43,955 nt of DNA from an uncultured Anaerolineales bacterium (GCA_964509655.1 CAZDYW010000002.1:1-43955), one strand, 5' to 3'. Counted from the first letter of the stretch, positions 30,008 to 40,979 are shown. Numbers and translations are program-made. The notes: generated by a model from the sequence alone, not told the origin.

Positions 30008-30141
30008 ACCATACCTCCCTGTCGGCCGCTTACCGCCAAACTTGACCGCCAGGCTGCCATAACCTGACCAACAAGAGACAATTTCTAAGGAGGGAGTAGT
30101 ATCTCTTCCTCCCTCCTTGTCCTGTCCACCCTCAGCTTACA

Positions 30142-30450
30142 CTACAACTTGATCTCGATATCTACACCGGCCGGCAGATTAAGCCGCATCAAGGAATCGA
30201 TGGTTTTATCATCTGGCTCGATCACGTCAATCAGCCGCTTATGAGTGCGGATCTCGAAGTGTTCATGTGAATCCTTATGAACAAACGTAGCACGGCGGAC
30301 GGTAAAACGTTCAATTTTGGTCGGTAGAGGCACAGGCCCGGAGACCTTAGCCCCTGTTCGTTCAGCGGACTCTACGATTCGCTTAGCCGACTCGTCGAGC
30401 ACGCGATGATCGTAAGCCTTCAATCGAATGCGTATCTTCTGCTTGGCCAT
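30142..30450 (-). CDS. rpsJ: 30S ribosomal protein S10
   Basis: 102 aa, [15 protein letters not shown] ... HKRLIDV. Confidence 0.95.
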   Translation of the reverse strand: MAKQKIRIRLKAYDHRVLDESAKRIVESAERTGAKVSGPVPLPTKIERFTVRRATFVHKDSHEHFEIRTHKRLIDVIEPDDKTIDSLMRLNLPAGVDIEIKL

Positions 30451-30460
30451 ACTTCGACAC

Positions 30461-31678
30461 CTAGTCCAAAATCTCAGTTACAACACCAGCGCCCACGGTC
30501 AGCCCCCCCTCGCGAATAGCGAACCGGGAACCTTCCTCGACTGCGACTGGCTCAATCAGCTCTACCTTGAGGTTGACTCGATCACCAGGCATCACCATCT
30601 CAACACCCTCAGGCAATGTAATCTCACCAGTTACATCCATCGTCTGGATGTAGAACTGTGGCCGATAACCGGGGAAGAAAGCCTTATGGCGTCCTCCCTC
30701 ATCCTTGCGCAACACATAAACCTCGCTCATGAAAACACGATGGGGCTGAATGCTGCCCGGGACGGCGACTACCTGACCACGCTGCACATCTTCTCGATCC
30801 ACACCTCGCAATAGCAAACCGGCGTTGTCGCCAGCCCTAACGACGTCGAGGGTCTTGTGGAACATCTCCATTGAGGTAACTACGGTCTCGAAAGGATCAT
30901 CCTGCAACCCCACGATTTCAACCGGAGTCATCGGCTTAAGCGTCCCACGATCCACACGCCCAGTGACAACCGTGCCACGTCCCTTGATCGAGAAGACATC
31001 CTCAACAGGCATCAAGAATGGCTTGTCCTCATCTCGCTCAGGAGTTGGGACATAGTCATCAATTACACGCATTAACTCCCAAATAGGTTGATATTCAGGA
31101 GCATCTGGATCAGTGTTCTCACTCTGCAAAGCCTCCAGGGCACTTCCACGCACAATCGGCGTCTCGTCGCCGGGGAAGCCGTACCCATCAAGCAGTTCGC
31201 GCAACTCTAGCTCAACTAACTCCAGCAATTCGGGATCGTCCATCAGGTCAACCTTGTTCAAGAAGACCACGATGGCCGGTACCTCTACCTGACGAGCCAG
31301 AAGCACATGCTCTCGCGTCTGCGGCATCGGACCATCTGCCGCCGAGACAACCAGGATCGCTCCATCCATCTGCGCTGCGCCGGTGATCATATTCTTAATA
31401 TAATCACGGTGCCCAGGGCAATCGATGTGAGCGTAGTGTCGCTCATCTGTCTCATACTCGACGTGCGCGATGGCGACCGTCAAAATCTTAGTCTCATCGC
31501 GACGGAACATCTTTGCATCAGCTTTTGCCACCTCGTCATACGCTTTGTAATTGGCCCAGCCCTTGAGAGACATCACCTTGGTCATAGCCGCGGTGAGGGT
31601 TGTCTTCCCGTGGTCAATGTGGCCGATGGTACCCACGTTGACATGAGGTTTTGTACGTTCAAACTTCTCCTTCGCCAT
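30461..31678 (-). CDS. tuf: elongation factor Tu
   Basis: 405 aa, [25 protein letters not shown]. Confidence 0.97.
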   Translation of the reverse strand: MAKEKFERTKPHVNVGTIGHIDHGKTTLTAAMTKVMSLKGWANYKAYDEVAKADAKMFRRDETKILTVAIAHVEYETDERHYAHIDCPGHRDYIKNMITGAAQMDGAILVVSAADGPMPQTREHVLLARQVEVPAIVVFLNKVDLMDDPELLELVELELRELLDGYGFPGDETPIVRGSALEALQSENTDPDAPEYQPIWELMRVIDDYVPTPERDEDKPFLMPVEDVFSIKGRGTVVTGRVDRGTLKPMTPVEIVGLQDDPFETVVTSMEMFHKTLDVVRAGDNAGLLLRGVDREDVQRGQVVAVPGSIQPHRVFMSEVYVLRKDEGGRHKAFFPGYRPQFYIQTMDVTGEITLPEGVEMVMPGDRVNLKVELIEPVAVEEGSRFAIREGGLTVGAGVVTEILD

Positions 31679-31707
31679 TTCTCGCTCCTTTCGGATGATC
31701 TCTGCTC

Positions 31708-33789
31708 TTACCAGCTAACGCCACCAACAATGGCGTCCATCCGCTGTTGATCTACTTTTGCATAATGATCAAATTCCATCGTAAACATACCCCGTCCCTG
31801 CGTCAGACTGCGCACGCCAGTCGCGTACCCGAACATCTTCGCCAGCGGGACAAAGGCGCGTATCACTTTCATATTACCTGCTCTAGAGGTCATTTTCCTA
31901 ATCTCAGCACCTCGCGCATTCAGATCGGACATAACCTCGCCAGTATAAGAATCCGGTGCAACGACCTCCAAATCCATCACTGGCTCCAGCAATACAGGAA
32001 CTGCTTCCTCCACCGCTTGCCTGAAAGCCTTTGTACCAGCCACCTTGAAAGCCAGATCGGATGAGGCTTCATCATCCACCTTCACCCTGCACAGCCTGAC
32101 TTTCACATCCACAAGCCTGTAGCCGACCAATACTCCACTTTCCATCGCTTCGCGGCAACCTTCTTCGATCGCTTCCACATATTTATCTGTTAAGCTGGAG
32201 ATTGACGTAACAGCATTTTCAAACTCGAACCCTTCTCCAGCACGCAAGGGTTCCACCTCCAACCACACTTGCCCAAAGTGGTGGCGCCCACCAGTTTCCC
32301 GGTCAAACACCCCCTCACCTCTCGCGGACTGTGTGATCGTTTCGCGATAAGTAACCCGTGGACGACTCACTCGCCCAGTTACACCGAATTCTCGCTTCAA
32401 ACGATCGGTCAAAATTTCTAGGTGCAACTCCCCCATGCCAGAGATGAGCGTCTGTCCTGTGTGCTCATCGGTTCGCACTACGAAGGTAGGGTCTTCCTCT
32501 GCCAAGCGCTGCAAGCCATCGTTCAACCGTTCTTCATCAGCCGCAGATCGTGGCTCCACTGCCACCGAGATGACAGGCTCAGGGAAGGAAATCGACTCCA
32601 AAACGATTGGAGCATCAGCCGAACATAGCGTTTCCCCCGTGAAAGTATGCTTTAGCCCCACAGTAGCTCCGATGTCACCGGCGCTCAATTCTTTGATCTC
32701 TTCGCGGCGATCGGCGAACATCCGAAGTAGCTTCCCGACTCTTTCCTTACGCTGCTTAATAGCGTTGGTCACCTTAGAACCTACTTCTACCTTTCCAGAA
32801 TAAACACGAAAGTAGGCCAAACGTCCTACATAGGGATCGGCTGCAATTTTAAAGATCAATGCTGAAAGCGGCGCATCAGGGTCCGACGGTCGAAGCTCCA
32901 CCTTATCAGTATAGGGATTTACACCTTCCACCGGCGGAATATCCAAAGGAGATGGTAAGTAATCCACTACAGCATCAAGCAGGGGTTGAACGCCTTTGTT
33001 GCGCAACGCCGAGCCGCATAAGACCGGCTGTAAACTTCCAGCCAATGTTGCTCGTCGCAAGGCCTGCCGCAGTTGATCGACTGAGAGATCACCTTCCTCC
33101 AAATAGAGCATCATCAATTCATCATCAGTCTCGACGATCTGCTCTATGGCTAGTTCTCGAGCATCTAGAACCGCCTCTTCCAAAGCAGCAGGGATCTCTA
33201 TCTCCTCGGGCTTTGCTCCCAACTCATCAGTCCAAACGACAGCCCGCATACTCAGCAGGTCCACTACTCCCTGAAAGCCCGATCCATTGCCGATAGGCCA
33301 CTGAACAATGACCGGATTGGAGTTCAGTCGTTCTCGGATTGTTTCGACCGCATGGGCGAAATTAGCGCCCAGCTTGTCCATTTTGTTAATGAAAACTACC
33401 AACGGCACGCCAAAGCTTTGTGCTTGCCGCCAAACCGTCTCAGATTGCGGTTCTACACCGGCCACAGCATCAAAAACTACCACTCCACCGTCCAACACTC
33501 GCAAGCTACGCTGAACCTCAGCGGTGAAATCGATGTGACCAGGCGTGTCTACAATGTTAATTTGGTGATCATCCCAGAAGCAAGTCACAGCTGCTGCTGT
33601 GATAGTTATGCCTCGCTCTCGCTCCTGCGCCATCCAGTCTGTAACTGTTGTCCCATCATCAACACTACCCATGCGATGCGTACGACCAGTATAGAACAGA
33701 ATGCGCTCCGTCGTAGTTGTCTTACCCGCATCAATATGAGCAATAATGCCGATATTTCTAATACGCCTTAAGGGACACTTACCAAACAT
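31708..33789 (-). CDS. fusA: elongation factor G
   Basis: 693 aa, [32 protein letters not shown]. Confidence 0.97.
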   Translation of the reverse strand: MFGKCPLRRIRNIGIIAHIDAGKTTTTERILFYTGRTHRMGSVDDGTTVTDWMAQERERGITITAAAVTCFWDDHQINIVDTPGHIDFTAEVQRSLRVLDGGVVVFDAVAGVEPQSETVWRQAQSFGVPLVVFINKMDKLGANFAHAVETIRERLNSNPVIVQWPIGNGSGFQGVVDLLSMRAVVWTDELGAKPEEIEIPAALEEAVLDARELAIEQIVETDDELMMLYLEEGDLSVDQLRQALRRATLAGSLQPVLCGSALRNKGVQPLLDAVVDYLPSPLDIPPVEGVNPYTDKVELRPSDPDAPLSALIFKIAADPYVGRLAYFRVYSGKVEVGSKVTNAIKQRKERVGKLLRMFADRREEIKELSAGDIGATVGLKHTFTGETLCSADAPIVLESISFPEPVISVAVEPRSAADEERLNDGLQRLAEEDPTFVVRTDEHTGQTLISGMGELHLEILTDRLKREFGVTGRVSRPRVTYRETITQSARGEGVFDRETGGRHHFGQVWLEVEPLRAGEGFEFENAVTSISSLTDKYVEAIEEGCREAMESGVLVGYRLVDVKVRLCRVKVDDEASSDLAFKVAGTKAFRQAVEEAVPVLLEPVMDLEVVAPDSYTGEVMSDLNARGAEIRKMTSRAGNMKVIRAFVPLAKMFGYATGVRSLTQGRGMFTMEFDHYAKVDQQRMDAIVGGVSW

Positions 33790-33834
33790 CGGTACGTAAA
33801 ACGTGGCTTGCGTTACGCTTTACGCCATCCTCCA

Positions 33835-34305
33835 TCACCAACGATAGTGAGCAAAGGCACGGTTGGCTTCCGCCATCCTGTGCGTGTCTTCCTTCTTCTT
33901 AACCGCGGCCCCACTTCCACGCGCTGCGTCCATCAACTCATCAGCCAATTTCTCAGCCATAGAATGTCCGGGGCGACCACGAGCTGCCCCCACCAACCAG
34001 CGCATAGCCAAACTATCCTGCCGATGTCGTGGCACCTCTACTGGGATCTGATAGGTTGACCCCCCCACACGTCGCGCTTTAACCTCCAATGCCGGCGTAA
34101 TGTTACTCACAGCCTTTTCCGCTAACTCAAGAGGAGATTTATTCGTGCGATCTTTCACAATATCCAATGCATTATACACGATCCGCTGCGCCGTGCTTTT
34201 CTTCCCCCCATCCATTATCTTATTGATGAGCCGACCTATTGTCACACTGTTGTAGCGAATATCCGGCTCTGTCTTCCTCTTAGGTGGACGATATCGTCGA
34301 GGCAT
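33835..34305 (-). CDS. rpsG: 30S ribosomal protein S7
   Basis: 156 aa, MPRRYRPPKR ... NRAFAHYRW. Confidence 0.95.
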   Translation of the reverse strand: MPRRYRPPKRKTEPDIRYNSVTIGRLINKIMDGGKKSTAQRIVYNALDIVKDRTNKSPLELAEKAVSNITPALEVKARRVGGSTYQIPVEVPRHRQDSLAMRWLVGAARGRPGHSMAEKLADELMDAARGSGAAVKKKEDTHRMAEANRAFAHYRW

Positions 34306-34308
34306 ATT

Positions 34309-34728
34309 CTACTCCTTCGGTTTCTTGGTGCCGTATTTGGACCGCTGTTGCTTGCGGTCTTCTACGCCTTGGGCATCCAGAACACCACGGACAATGTGAT
34401 AGCGAACGCCTGGCAAATCCTTTACACGCCCCCCACGCACCAACACAACAGAGTGTTCCTGCAAGGTATGGCCCTCGCCTGGTATGTAGGCCGTGACTTC
34501 TATCCCATTCGTCAAACGCACACGCGCGATCTTGCGCAAGGCCGAGTTAGGCTTCTTGGGCGTCATAGTGCGCACTTGCGTACATACACCACGCTTTTGT
34601 GGCGCACCCTTCGGCTGCTTTGTGCGCCTCTGCTTGAGAGAATTGAACCTATAATGCAAAGCCGGTGCTTTAGGCTTACGCTCCTTAGGATCTCTCCCTT
34701 TGCGAACTAATTGATTAATTGTGGGCAC
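34309..34728 (-). CDS. rpsL: 30S ribosomal protein S12
   Basis: 139 aa, [11 protein letters not shown] ... [11 protein letters not shown] ... [17 protein letters not shown] start. It carries an extra ~15-aa segment ([17 protein letters not shown]) compared with the E. coli or Thermus proteins as I recall them. Confidence 0.95.
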   Translation of the reverse strand: MPTINQLVRKGRDPKERKPKAPALHYRFNSLKQRRTKQPKGAPQKRGVCTQVRTMTPKKPNSALRKIARVRLTNGIEVTAYIPGEGHTLQEHSVVLVRGGRVKDLPGVRYHIVRGVLDAQGVEDRKQQRSKYGTKKPKE

Positions 34729-34774
34729 CTTTATCCCCCTAACTAACTTTCAATCTAATAAACTCATAAAAGAA

Positions 34775-34798
34775 GGCCATCCCACCTCCACGATGGCC
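34775..34798 (-). promoter_or_regulatory. hairpin with U-rich tail in the rpoB-rpsL spacer (terminator or leader attenuator)
   Basis: Minus-strand RNA GGCCAUC-GUGGAGGUGG-GAUGGCC followed by UUCUUUUAUGAGUUUAUU. It lies downstream of the candidate rpsL promoter and 46 nt upstream of the rpsL GTG. Confidence 0.4.
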
Positions 34799-34869
34799 CC
34801 TCGAAAAATATTATTCAAATTTCAACAGGTGACAGGGACTTAAGCCGCCACCCACCCAAGTGAGTGCAC

Positions 34870-34897
34870 ATTTTACCATATAATTTTCAGAAGTCAA
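34870..34897 (-). promoter_or_regulatory. candidate promoter for rpsL and downstream genes
   Basis: Minus strand: TTGACT (34897..34892), 16-nt spacer ending in TGG, TAAAAT (34875..34870). Located 39 nt after the rpoB stop. Confidence 0.5.
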
Positions 34898-34935
34898 ATG
34901 CACTCAAAGCCTGCAATCTGGATAACCCTTGCCGA

Positions 34936-37900
34936 TCAACGCCGAAGATTCAGAAGCCCCATTCCTAGTCGGGGTGGCTTGGTTTTCTCTTCATCTTTAC
35001 CAAAGCGTAGCACATCACCTTCTTGAGTGATAGCCTCGACCGCCAGGCCCAAGCTCTGCAACTCCTTGACCAAAACCTTGAAAGAGGCTGGGACACCCAC
35101 CTCCTCGACAGGCTCACCCTTAACGATGGACTCGTAGGTCTTCACACGCCCTTGAACATCATCCGACTTGACGGTGAGCATTTCTTGTAGGGCATGAGCT
35201 GCACCATAAGCCTCCAAGGCCCATACCTCCATCTCGCCAAAGCGCTGCCCTCCGAACCGAGCTTTACCACCCAACGGCTGCTGTGTGACTAAGCTGTATG
35301 GACCCGTCGAGCGCGCGTGCGCCTTATCTTCAATCAGGTGATGTAGCTTCATCATATACATCACTCCCACCGTCACAGGCCGATCAAATGATTCGCCGGT
35401 CTTGCCATCATAAAGGGTCATTCTACCTAGTATAGGCAAAGGATCAGAGATTTTCACGCTCGTCTCAATGGCCAATGCTTCTACCTCGTCATCGTCCATT
35501 TCCGAAACCTCTTGGCCTCTATCCTCTAGCCAGATGCGCAAGCAGGCCGCTCTGACCAGTCGATCTGCCTTATCTTTTTCACGCAGAGGCCGATCATCCT
35601 TCTCAAACACCAGCATAGCTTCGGGATCATATCCACGCTCGCGCAACCATTCACGAAGCACTGAACGACGCGCATAAACGGGCTCTGTAGTCAATCGATC
35701 TGGATCATAGTCCCGTTCGGCCAACCAAGCCACAGCATACAAAAGCCTGGCTTCATCATCCGATTGCAACGTTTCCAAGGGATAATTCTGGGCCTTCAAC
35801 CACGCCCAAGCGCGCTCAGTGATCTCATCCCAAGCACGATCGATTAGCCAAGCTCTCGCTAGTTCCGCCTCGACCTGGGACTCATCAGCCCCATCGAAGA
35901 CCGGCGTGACGGCACGAAAGCCCAACCGCGAAGCAGCCCACCCCAAATGGGTCTCTAAGACCTGCCCAATGTTCATACGTCCCGGGACTCCCAACGGATT
36001 CAGTATCACATCAACAGGAGTACCATCCGGCAAGAAGGGCATATCCTCAATAGGCACAACTTTGGAGATGACGCCCTTGTTACCGTGACGTCCAGCCATC
36101 TTATCACCCTCGGTGACCTTCCGCATCTGAGCTACACTAACGCGCACCATTTTCTCTACCCCAGTTGGCAAATCACGGTGCTCTTCACGGTCGAATGCCT
36201 TGACGTCCACCACCTTTCCTCGCTCACCATGGGGCATACGCAAACTGGAATCCTTCACATCGCGTGCCTTCTCACCAAAAATGGCTCGCAATAGCTTCTC
36301 CTCGGGGCTTAGTTCCTTTTCACCCTTAGGCGTGATCTTACCGACCAAGATGTCTAGAGGGCCTACCTCCGCCCCAACGCGAATAACTCCCTCTTCGTCC
36401 AAGTCCTTCAGCGCCGCATCGCCCACGTGTGGTATATCACGGGTGATTTCTTCTGGGCCAAGCTTTGTGTCACGCGCCTCTACTTCGTACTCCTCTATAT
36501 GAATGGATGTGAATTTATCCTCTCTTACCAGGCGTTCGCTAATGAGAATAGCGTCCTCAAAGTTGCCTCCCTCCCAAGAGAGAAAAGCACAAACGACATT
36601 TTGCCCTAACGCTAATTTACCATCTTCGGTTGAGGAGCTATCCGCAAGCACTTGTCCATCTCGCACATACTGCCCTTTGTAGACAATAGCTCTCTGGTCA
36701 ATACATGTACTCTGATTAGAGCGCTGGTACTTGCGTAAGGGGTAGGTGTGTGGCCCATCAGTATGGCGAACCACTACTCGATCACCAGTAACACTGACCA
36801 CCTCTCCATCATCCCCCGTCAACACAACTTGCCCCGAATCATGAGCAGCGCGACCCTCCACACCCGTACCTACCCTGGGAGTCTCTGGACGAACGAGCGG
36901 CACTCCCTGCCGCTGCATGTTAGAACCCATTAGGGCACGGTTAGCATCATCATGCTCCAAGAAAGGGATCATCGCGGCCGAAACACCCACGATCTGACCA
37001 GGAGCAACGTCGACATAGTCTACATTATCCGACGAAACAAAGGAAAATTCACCAGCGTGACGGATTGATACGCGCGAGCGAGTAAGATGCCCATCCTCAT
37101 CCAAATCCACGTTCGACTGGGCAATCATATAACGATCTTCTTTATCAGCAGAAAGGTACTGAAGCTCGTCGCTCACTATTGGAACGATAGAAATTTCTTC
37201 CCGCAAATCCAGTGCAGCGATCTGCTCCGCTAGTTCAGGCGTTACAATCTCACCCTCCTCGGCCACAACTTTTCCATTTTCGTCTACTACATCTTCATCC
37301 AGCTTCTGACCGGTAAGGGCTTCGACAGTGGGCTCCGCGGAATGAAGCACTTTGCGATAGGGCGTCTCTACAAATCCCAACGAGTTCACGCGGGCATGAG
37401 TCGCCAAACGACCGATCAGGCCAATATTGGGCCCCTCCGGGGTCTCGATGGGGCAAATACGCCCATAATGGCTGTAGTGCACATCCCGCACCTCAAAGCC
37501 AGCATACTCACGCCTCAGACCGCCTGGCCCCAGGGCTGAAAGGGTTCGCTTGTGCGTCAACTCCGCCAAGGGATTGGTTTGCTCCATAAACTGTGAGAGC
37601 TGACTGGAGCCATAGAACTGGCGGATGATGGCAACGAATGGGCGGATATTAATCAGGTTAACGGGCGTCAGTGACTCAGCGTCACGGGTAGACATTCGAT
37701 CCACCACGATCCGCTCCATGCGCCGCAGTCCAATGCGCAACTTATTCTGGACCAACTCGCCGACAGTCTTAATGCGTCGGTTACCCAAGTGATCGATATC
37801 GTCTGCATCCTCCATTCCATTGTTAATGCGGATCAAGTGCCTCACAACGGCGACGACATCCCTCTTGGTAATAATGCGATGTTCAAGGTCCATATCAAAT

Positions 37901-38826
37901 CCCAGTCGCTGATTGAGCTTATAACGACCAACTCGTTTCAAATCATAACGCCTGGGATCAAAAAGTTGTTGTTCTAGGTACTCGTACGCATTATCTAACG
38001 TTACAGGGTCCCCCGGTCGCATACGTCGGTAGAACTCCAACAACGCTTCCTCCGCCAAATTCCGATCATCTTGGGGATTCCAATCCGGTTCCTGCTGAAT
38101 CGTCGTAGGGATGTACTTTTGCTGAGGATTGCTGTCAGCATCCTCGAAAAGCTCCAGCAACTTATCATCGCCCCCATCCCCTAATATAGTGCTCCCGACT
38201 CCATCATCTACAGCCGCCAATGCACGCAATAAAATGGTGACAGGCAAAATGCGCTTGCGGTTAAAGCGAACAGTAAGATAGCCCGATTTACGAGTTCCAA
38301 ATTCCAACCAGGCCCCTCGGTCGGGAATGAGCTTGGCGGTACAAAGGCGCAATCCAGTGGCTCGATCCTCCTCAAGGTCGAAATAAACCCCAGGAGAGCG
38401 AATCAACTGACTGACCACAACTCGCTCCGTACCATTGACAATAAATGTACCATCATCGGTCATCAACGGGAAATCGCCGAGAAAGACCTTGGACTGGATT
38501 ATCTCACCCGTCTCGCGATTGGTGAGCACGACATCGACGTACAATGGAGCAGCATACGTGATATCCCGCTCCACACATTCTTCCCGTGAATACCGGGGCT
38601 CTTCAAAACGATAACCCAATTCAAATTGAGCTTTTTGAGCCTCAGAGCCAGGGAAGTACAACTTTAGATTGCCATTGAAGCTTTCGATGGGGGAAATTTC
38701 GTCAAATAACTGACTCAAACCTTCTGTTTGCAACCAATGAAAAGAGCGAAGCTGGACCTGAATCAGCGGCGGTAGCCCCTCCGCATCGGTTATACGCGCG
38801 TAGGACTTACTCCCCATATAAGCCAT
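34936..38826 (-). CDS. rpoB: DNA-directed RNA polymerase subunit beta
   Basis: 1296 aa. Conserved blocks include [40 protein letters not shown] and [19 protein letters not shown]. The C-terminus (KELQSLGL...) is complete. Confidence 0.97.
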   Translation of the reverse strand: MAYMGSKSYARITDAEGLPPLIQVQLRSFHWLQTEGLSQLFDEISPIESFNGNLKLYFPGSEAQKAQFELGYRFEEPRYSREECVERDITYAAPLYVDVVLTNRETGEIIQSKVFLGDFPLMTDDGTFIVNGTERVVVSQLIRSPGVYFDLEEDRATGLRLCTAKLIPDRGAWLEFGTRKSGYLTVRFNRKRILPVTILLRALAAVDDGVGSTILGDGGDDKLLELFEDADSNPQQKYIPTTIQQEPDWNPQDDRNLAEEALLEFYRRMRPGDPVTLDNAYEYLEQQLFDPRRYDLKRVGRYKLNQRLGFDMDLEHRIITKRDVVAVVRHLIRINNGMEDADDIDHLGNRRIKTVGELVQNKLRIGLRRMERIVVDRMSTRDAESLTPVNLINIRPFVAIIRQFYGSSQLSQFMEQTNPLAELTHKRTLSALGPGGLRREYAGFEVRDVHYSHYGRICPIETPEGPNIGLIGRLATHARVNSLGFVETPYRKVLHSAEPTVEALTGQKLDEDVVDENGKVVAEEGEIVTPELAEQIAALDLREEISIVPIVSDELQYLSADKEDRYMIAQSNVDLDEDGHLTRSRVSIRHAGEFSFVSSDNVDYVDVAPGQIVGVSAAMIPFLEHDDANRALMGSNMQRQGVPLVRPETPRVGTGVEGRAAHDSGQVVLTGDDGEVVSVTGDRVVVRHTDGPHTYPLRKYQRSNQSTCIDQRAIVYKGQYVRDGQVLADSSSTEDGKLALGQNVVCAFLSWEGGNFEDAILISERLVREDKFTSIHIEEYEVEARDTKLGPEEITRDIPHVGDAALKDLDEEGVIRVGAEVGPLDILVGKITPKGEKELSPEEKLLRAIFGEKARDVKDSSLRMPHGERGKVVDVKAFDREEHRDLPTGVEKMVRVSVAQMRKVTEGDKMAGRHGNKGVISKVVPIEDMPFLPDGTPVDVILNPLGVPGRMNIGQVLETHLGWAASRLGFRAVTPVFDGADESQVEAELARAWLIDRAWDEITERAWAWLKAQNYPLETLQSDDEARLLYAVAWLAERDYDPDRLTTEPVYARRSVLREWLRERGYDPEAMLVFEKDDRPLREKDKADRLVRAACLRIWLEDRGQEVSEMDDDEVEALAIETSVKISDPLPILGRMTLYDGKTGESFDRPVTVGVMYMMKLHHLIEDKAHARSTGPYSLVTQQPLGGKARFGGQRFGEMEVWALEAYGAAHALQEMLTVKSDDVQGRVKTYESIVKGEPVEEVGVPASFKVLVKELQSLGLAVEAITQEGDVLRFGKDEEKTKPPRLGMGLLNLRR

Positions 38827-38883
38827 TTAACACATCCTCCCACTACTTTAGGCGCTTGTGCGCTCCAGAATTGCAGAACTGAG

Positions 38884-38911
38884 ATTTTAACATAAAAAAC
38901 AACCTTGTCAA
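38884..38911 (-). promoter_or_regulatory. candidate rpoB promoter
   Basis: Minus strand: TTGACA (38911..38906), 16-nt spacer ending in TGT, TAAAAT (38889..38884). It is about 55 nt upstream of the rpoB ATG, which has GGGAGG upstream. Confidence 0.55.
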
Positions 38912-39128
38912 ATCATCTCTCAAATACGGCCTAGGATTTTCGTCACCTTGAAGAGGTACTATCAATCACTTGGTTATATCATCTCCTTACGATAACATGA
39001 GGGTGAGGTTAGTAATTTAACTTTACTATACCTCTCCTCCTTTCCTTGGCTGCAGGTCCCCCATTTGTGTTTCATCACAGAAGGGGGATCTGCTTTTTAT
39101 CAATGTAAGCTCCGTTTCGCGTACCACA

Positions 39129-40136
39129 TCATCTCCTCAACGGAATTCGATGCTCCAGATTCAAGCGCATCTGTACTAATCTACGTAACTCCCGGAAGCC
39201 AGCCTCTTTTAGCTCCTTATATAAAGCTTGCTCACTGCCGGGCAATGTGACCTCTACCATCCTACCAGCTTTCGGTCGCAAGCTACTTAGCCCTCTCCGT
39301 ACTAGGATGCCCTCGACGTTTCCCCGGTATTCAGGTGCTATCAGAAATTCCATCCAATCTGGACGCTTTCCCATCTCGCGTACCACCCGAACTGCGCCTC
39401 CTAGAATGCCGTTCTCCTCAATCACCCACCACTTTTCAGGACGCCCATTAAGCCAAGAATCCAGCCTACGCTCCCAACTCGGACGATAGTAATCCTCCCG
39501 CAATTCCAGCACCAAACGCTGAGACTGAGGAATTAGTTTGCGCATCAGCGCAGTCAAGTCCGCTCCATCACTCTGTCGAGCGCGACGCAGAGCAGGATGC
39601 GAGGAGTCAGCGCCATCCCAGGGCGTATCACCTGACCGAAGCAATTGCAACGTCCGCCCTCTTTCCCGAAAGCCAAGGCTCTCATAGAGATGACGCGCGA
39701 CCTCGTTTTCAGCCTTGACCTCCAGCCCTACCCAGCGGCCTTTCCGCGCTGTGATCCCGTCTAAAGCCGCCTCCATCAAAGCGCTCGCGATACCACGCCC
39801 TCGCCATTCTGGGTGAACGACAACGTTACCCACGAAGAAGCCACCATATCTCGCCGCACGGCGCAGTGAGACGTTACCCACAATGCCTTCATTCTCGACC
39901 CATACAAAACCCGGAGTGACCACGCTGTTGCCCCGTAAAGGTTGGAACCACCACCACAACAGCCCCCAGCGAACCGCACGATGCAGCCTCTCCAACGCTA
40001 TCTGACCAGCAGGGTCCATTATATCTGAAAAGGCAATCTCAATCAGATCAACGACCTGCTCAAGATCCCGACGTGGATCAAAGGGACGTATGCCAGTGTG
40101 ATTATGCCTGGCATCCAATACAGGCACTATTACCAT
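39129..40136 (-). CDS. GNAT-family N-acetyltransferase, apparently two tandem GNAT-like domains
   Basis: 335 aa. The N-terminal domain has the acetyl-CoA motif VVVHPEWRGRGIASALMEAAL ... LYESLGF. The C-terminal half (IAPEYRGNVEGILV...LYKELKEAGF) looks like a degenerate second GNAT fold. Confidence 0.75.
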   Translation of the reverse strand: MVIVPVLDARHNHTGIRPFDPRRDLEQVVDLIEIAFSDIMDPAGQIALERLHRAVRWGLLWWWFQPLRGNSVVTPGFVWVENEGIVGNVSLRRAARYGGFFVGNVVVHPEWRGRGIASALMEAALDGITARKGRWVGLEVKAENEVARHLYESLGFRERGRTLQLLRSGDTPWDGADSSHPALRRARQSDGADLTALMRKLIPQSQRLVLELREDYYRPSWERRLDSWLNGRPEKWWVIEENGILGGAVRVVREMGKRPDWMEFLIAPEYRGNVEGILVRRGLSSLRPKAGRMVEVTLPGSEQALYKELKEAGFRELRRLVQMRLNLEHRIPLRR

Positions 40137-40141
40137 CTACG

Positions 40142-40390
40142 CTATGCCATCCCTCTCAATATAGGAGCACTTGTAACGCGCCAACGTAGGCTCCCTTCAT
40201 CCATCCGTAGCTCGAACGCCCGTCCCCCCGCAGCCAAGATGGCAAAACAGCGCTCTCCGTCCTCGCTCCAACGTCGACCCACTCCCTCGATCACCAAAGT
40301 AGCGCCTCGCCAGATGAATAAACGCGGGGTCACCTCACCCTCCCGGCTGAAGCGTGCTTCAACGACGACCGCCTCGCTCTTTATCTTCAA
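40142..40390 (-). CDS. hypothetical small protein (82 aa)
   Basis: TTG start overlapping the cinA TGA by 3 nt, and stop 5 nt before the GNAT ATG, so the position suggests translational coupling. Pattern FIWRGATLVIEGVGRRW...LRW. No family asserted. Confidence 0.4.
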   Translation of the reverse strand: MKIKSEAVVVEARFSREGEVTPRLFIWRGATLVIEGVGRRWSEDGERCFAILAAGGRAFELRMDEGSLRWRVTSAPILRGMA

Positions 40391-40902
40391 AACCTCTCCC
40401 CACTCTCAGCCTTCCGCTTATCTAAATAAATATGCAGCAATTCAAGCGCAGCCTCAGCGGAGTCAGCCTTATTCTCCCATCGGTCGCCATCCCAAACATG
40501 CCGCTCCACCCAGTCAGCCTCTGGCGCAACCAATGCAACGTAGACCAGACCCACCGGCTTCTCAGAAGTACCGCCGCCAGGCCCAGCAATACCCGTCACT
40601 GCCAGGCCAACATCTGCATGAAAAACCTCTCGCACCCCCTGTGCCATCTCCAACGCGGTTTCCTCACTCACCGCGCCCCAGGACTGCAACGTACTACGCC
40701 TTACGTGTAGGACGTGCTCTTTGACCTCAGATGCGTAAGCCGTTATCGAGCCCTGATAGTAAGCTGAACTGCCCGGCACGTTGGTGATCCGATGACCGAT
40801 TAAGCCGCCGGTACAGGATTCGGACACGGCCAAAGTTAGCTTTTGATCCTTTAACAATTGACCGATGCGGACCTCAAGTACATTCTCGCTTTTTGACCTC
40901 AT
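40387..40902 (-). CDS. CinA C-terminal domain protein / nicotinamide-nucleotide amidohydrolase (PncC-like)
   Basis: 171 aa, LTLAVSESCTGGLIGHRITNVPGSSAYYQGSITAYASEVK ... GLAVTGIAGPGGG. Confidence 0.85.
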   Translation of the reverse strand: MRSKSENVLEVRIGQLLKDQKLTLAVSESCTGGLIGHRITNVPGSSAYYQGSITAYASEVKEHVLHVRRSTLQSWGAVSEETALEMAQGVREVFHADVGLAVTGIAGPGGGTSEKPVGLVYVALVAPEADWVERHVWDGDRWENKADSAEAALELLHIYLDKRKAESGERF

Positions 40903-40922
40903 CCTCTTGGCTTCCCCATACC

Positions 40923-40958
40923 AAAAAAAGCCCTGTATCTCAATGACAAGTACAGGGC
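40923..40958 (-). terminator. intrinsic-terminator-like hairpin in the leader immediately upstream of cinA
   Basis: Minus-strand RNA GCCCUGUA-(13-nt loop)-UACAGGGC (40958..40951 with 40937..40930) followed by UUUUUUU (40929..40923). It ends 20 nt before the cinA ATG. Confidence 0.55.
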
Positions 40959-40979
40959 AATACCACGCGAAGCAACATA

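Larger units (their letters stand above)
13806..38911 (-). other. contiguous rpoB / str / S10 / spc / alpha / L13-S9 super-operon (37 genes, all on the minus strand)
   Basis: Uninterrupted co-directional genes with mostly short (under 75 nt) or overlapping junctions. Consensus-like promoters lie upstream of rpoB and rpsL, with a terminator after rpsI. Confidence 0.8.

Noticed and set aside
40098-40724. 208-aa plus-strand ORF rich in P/S/R/A.
   Set aside because: It is antisense to cinA-C and the 82-aa ORF, and low complexity.
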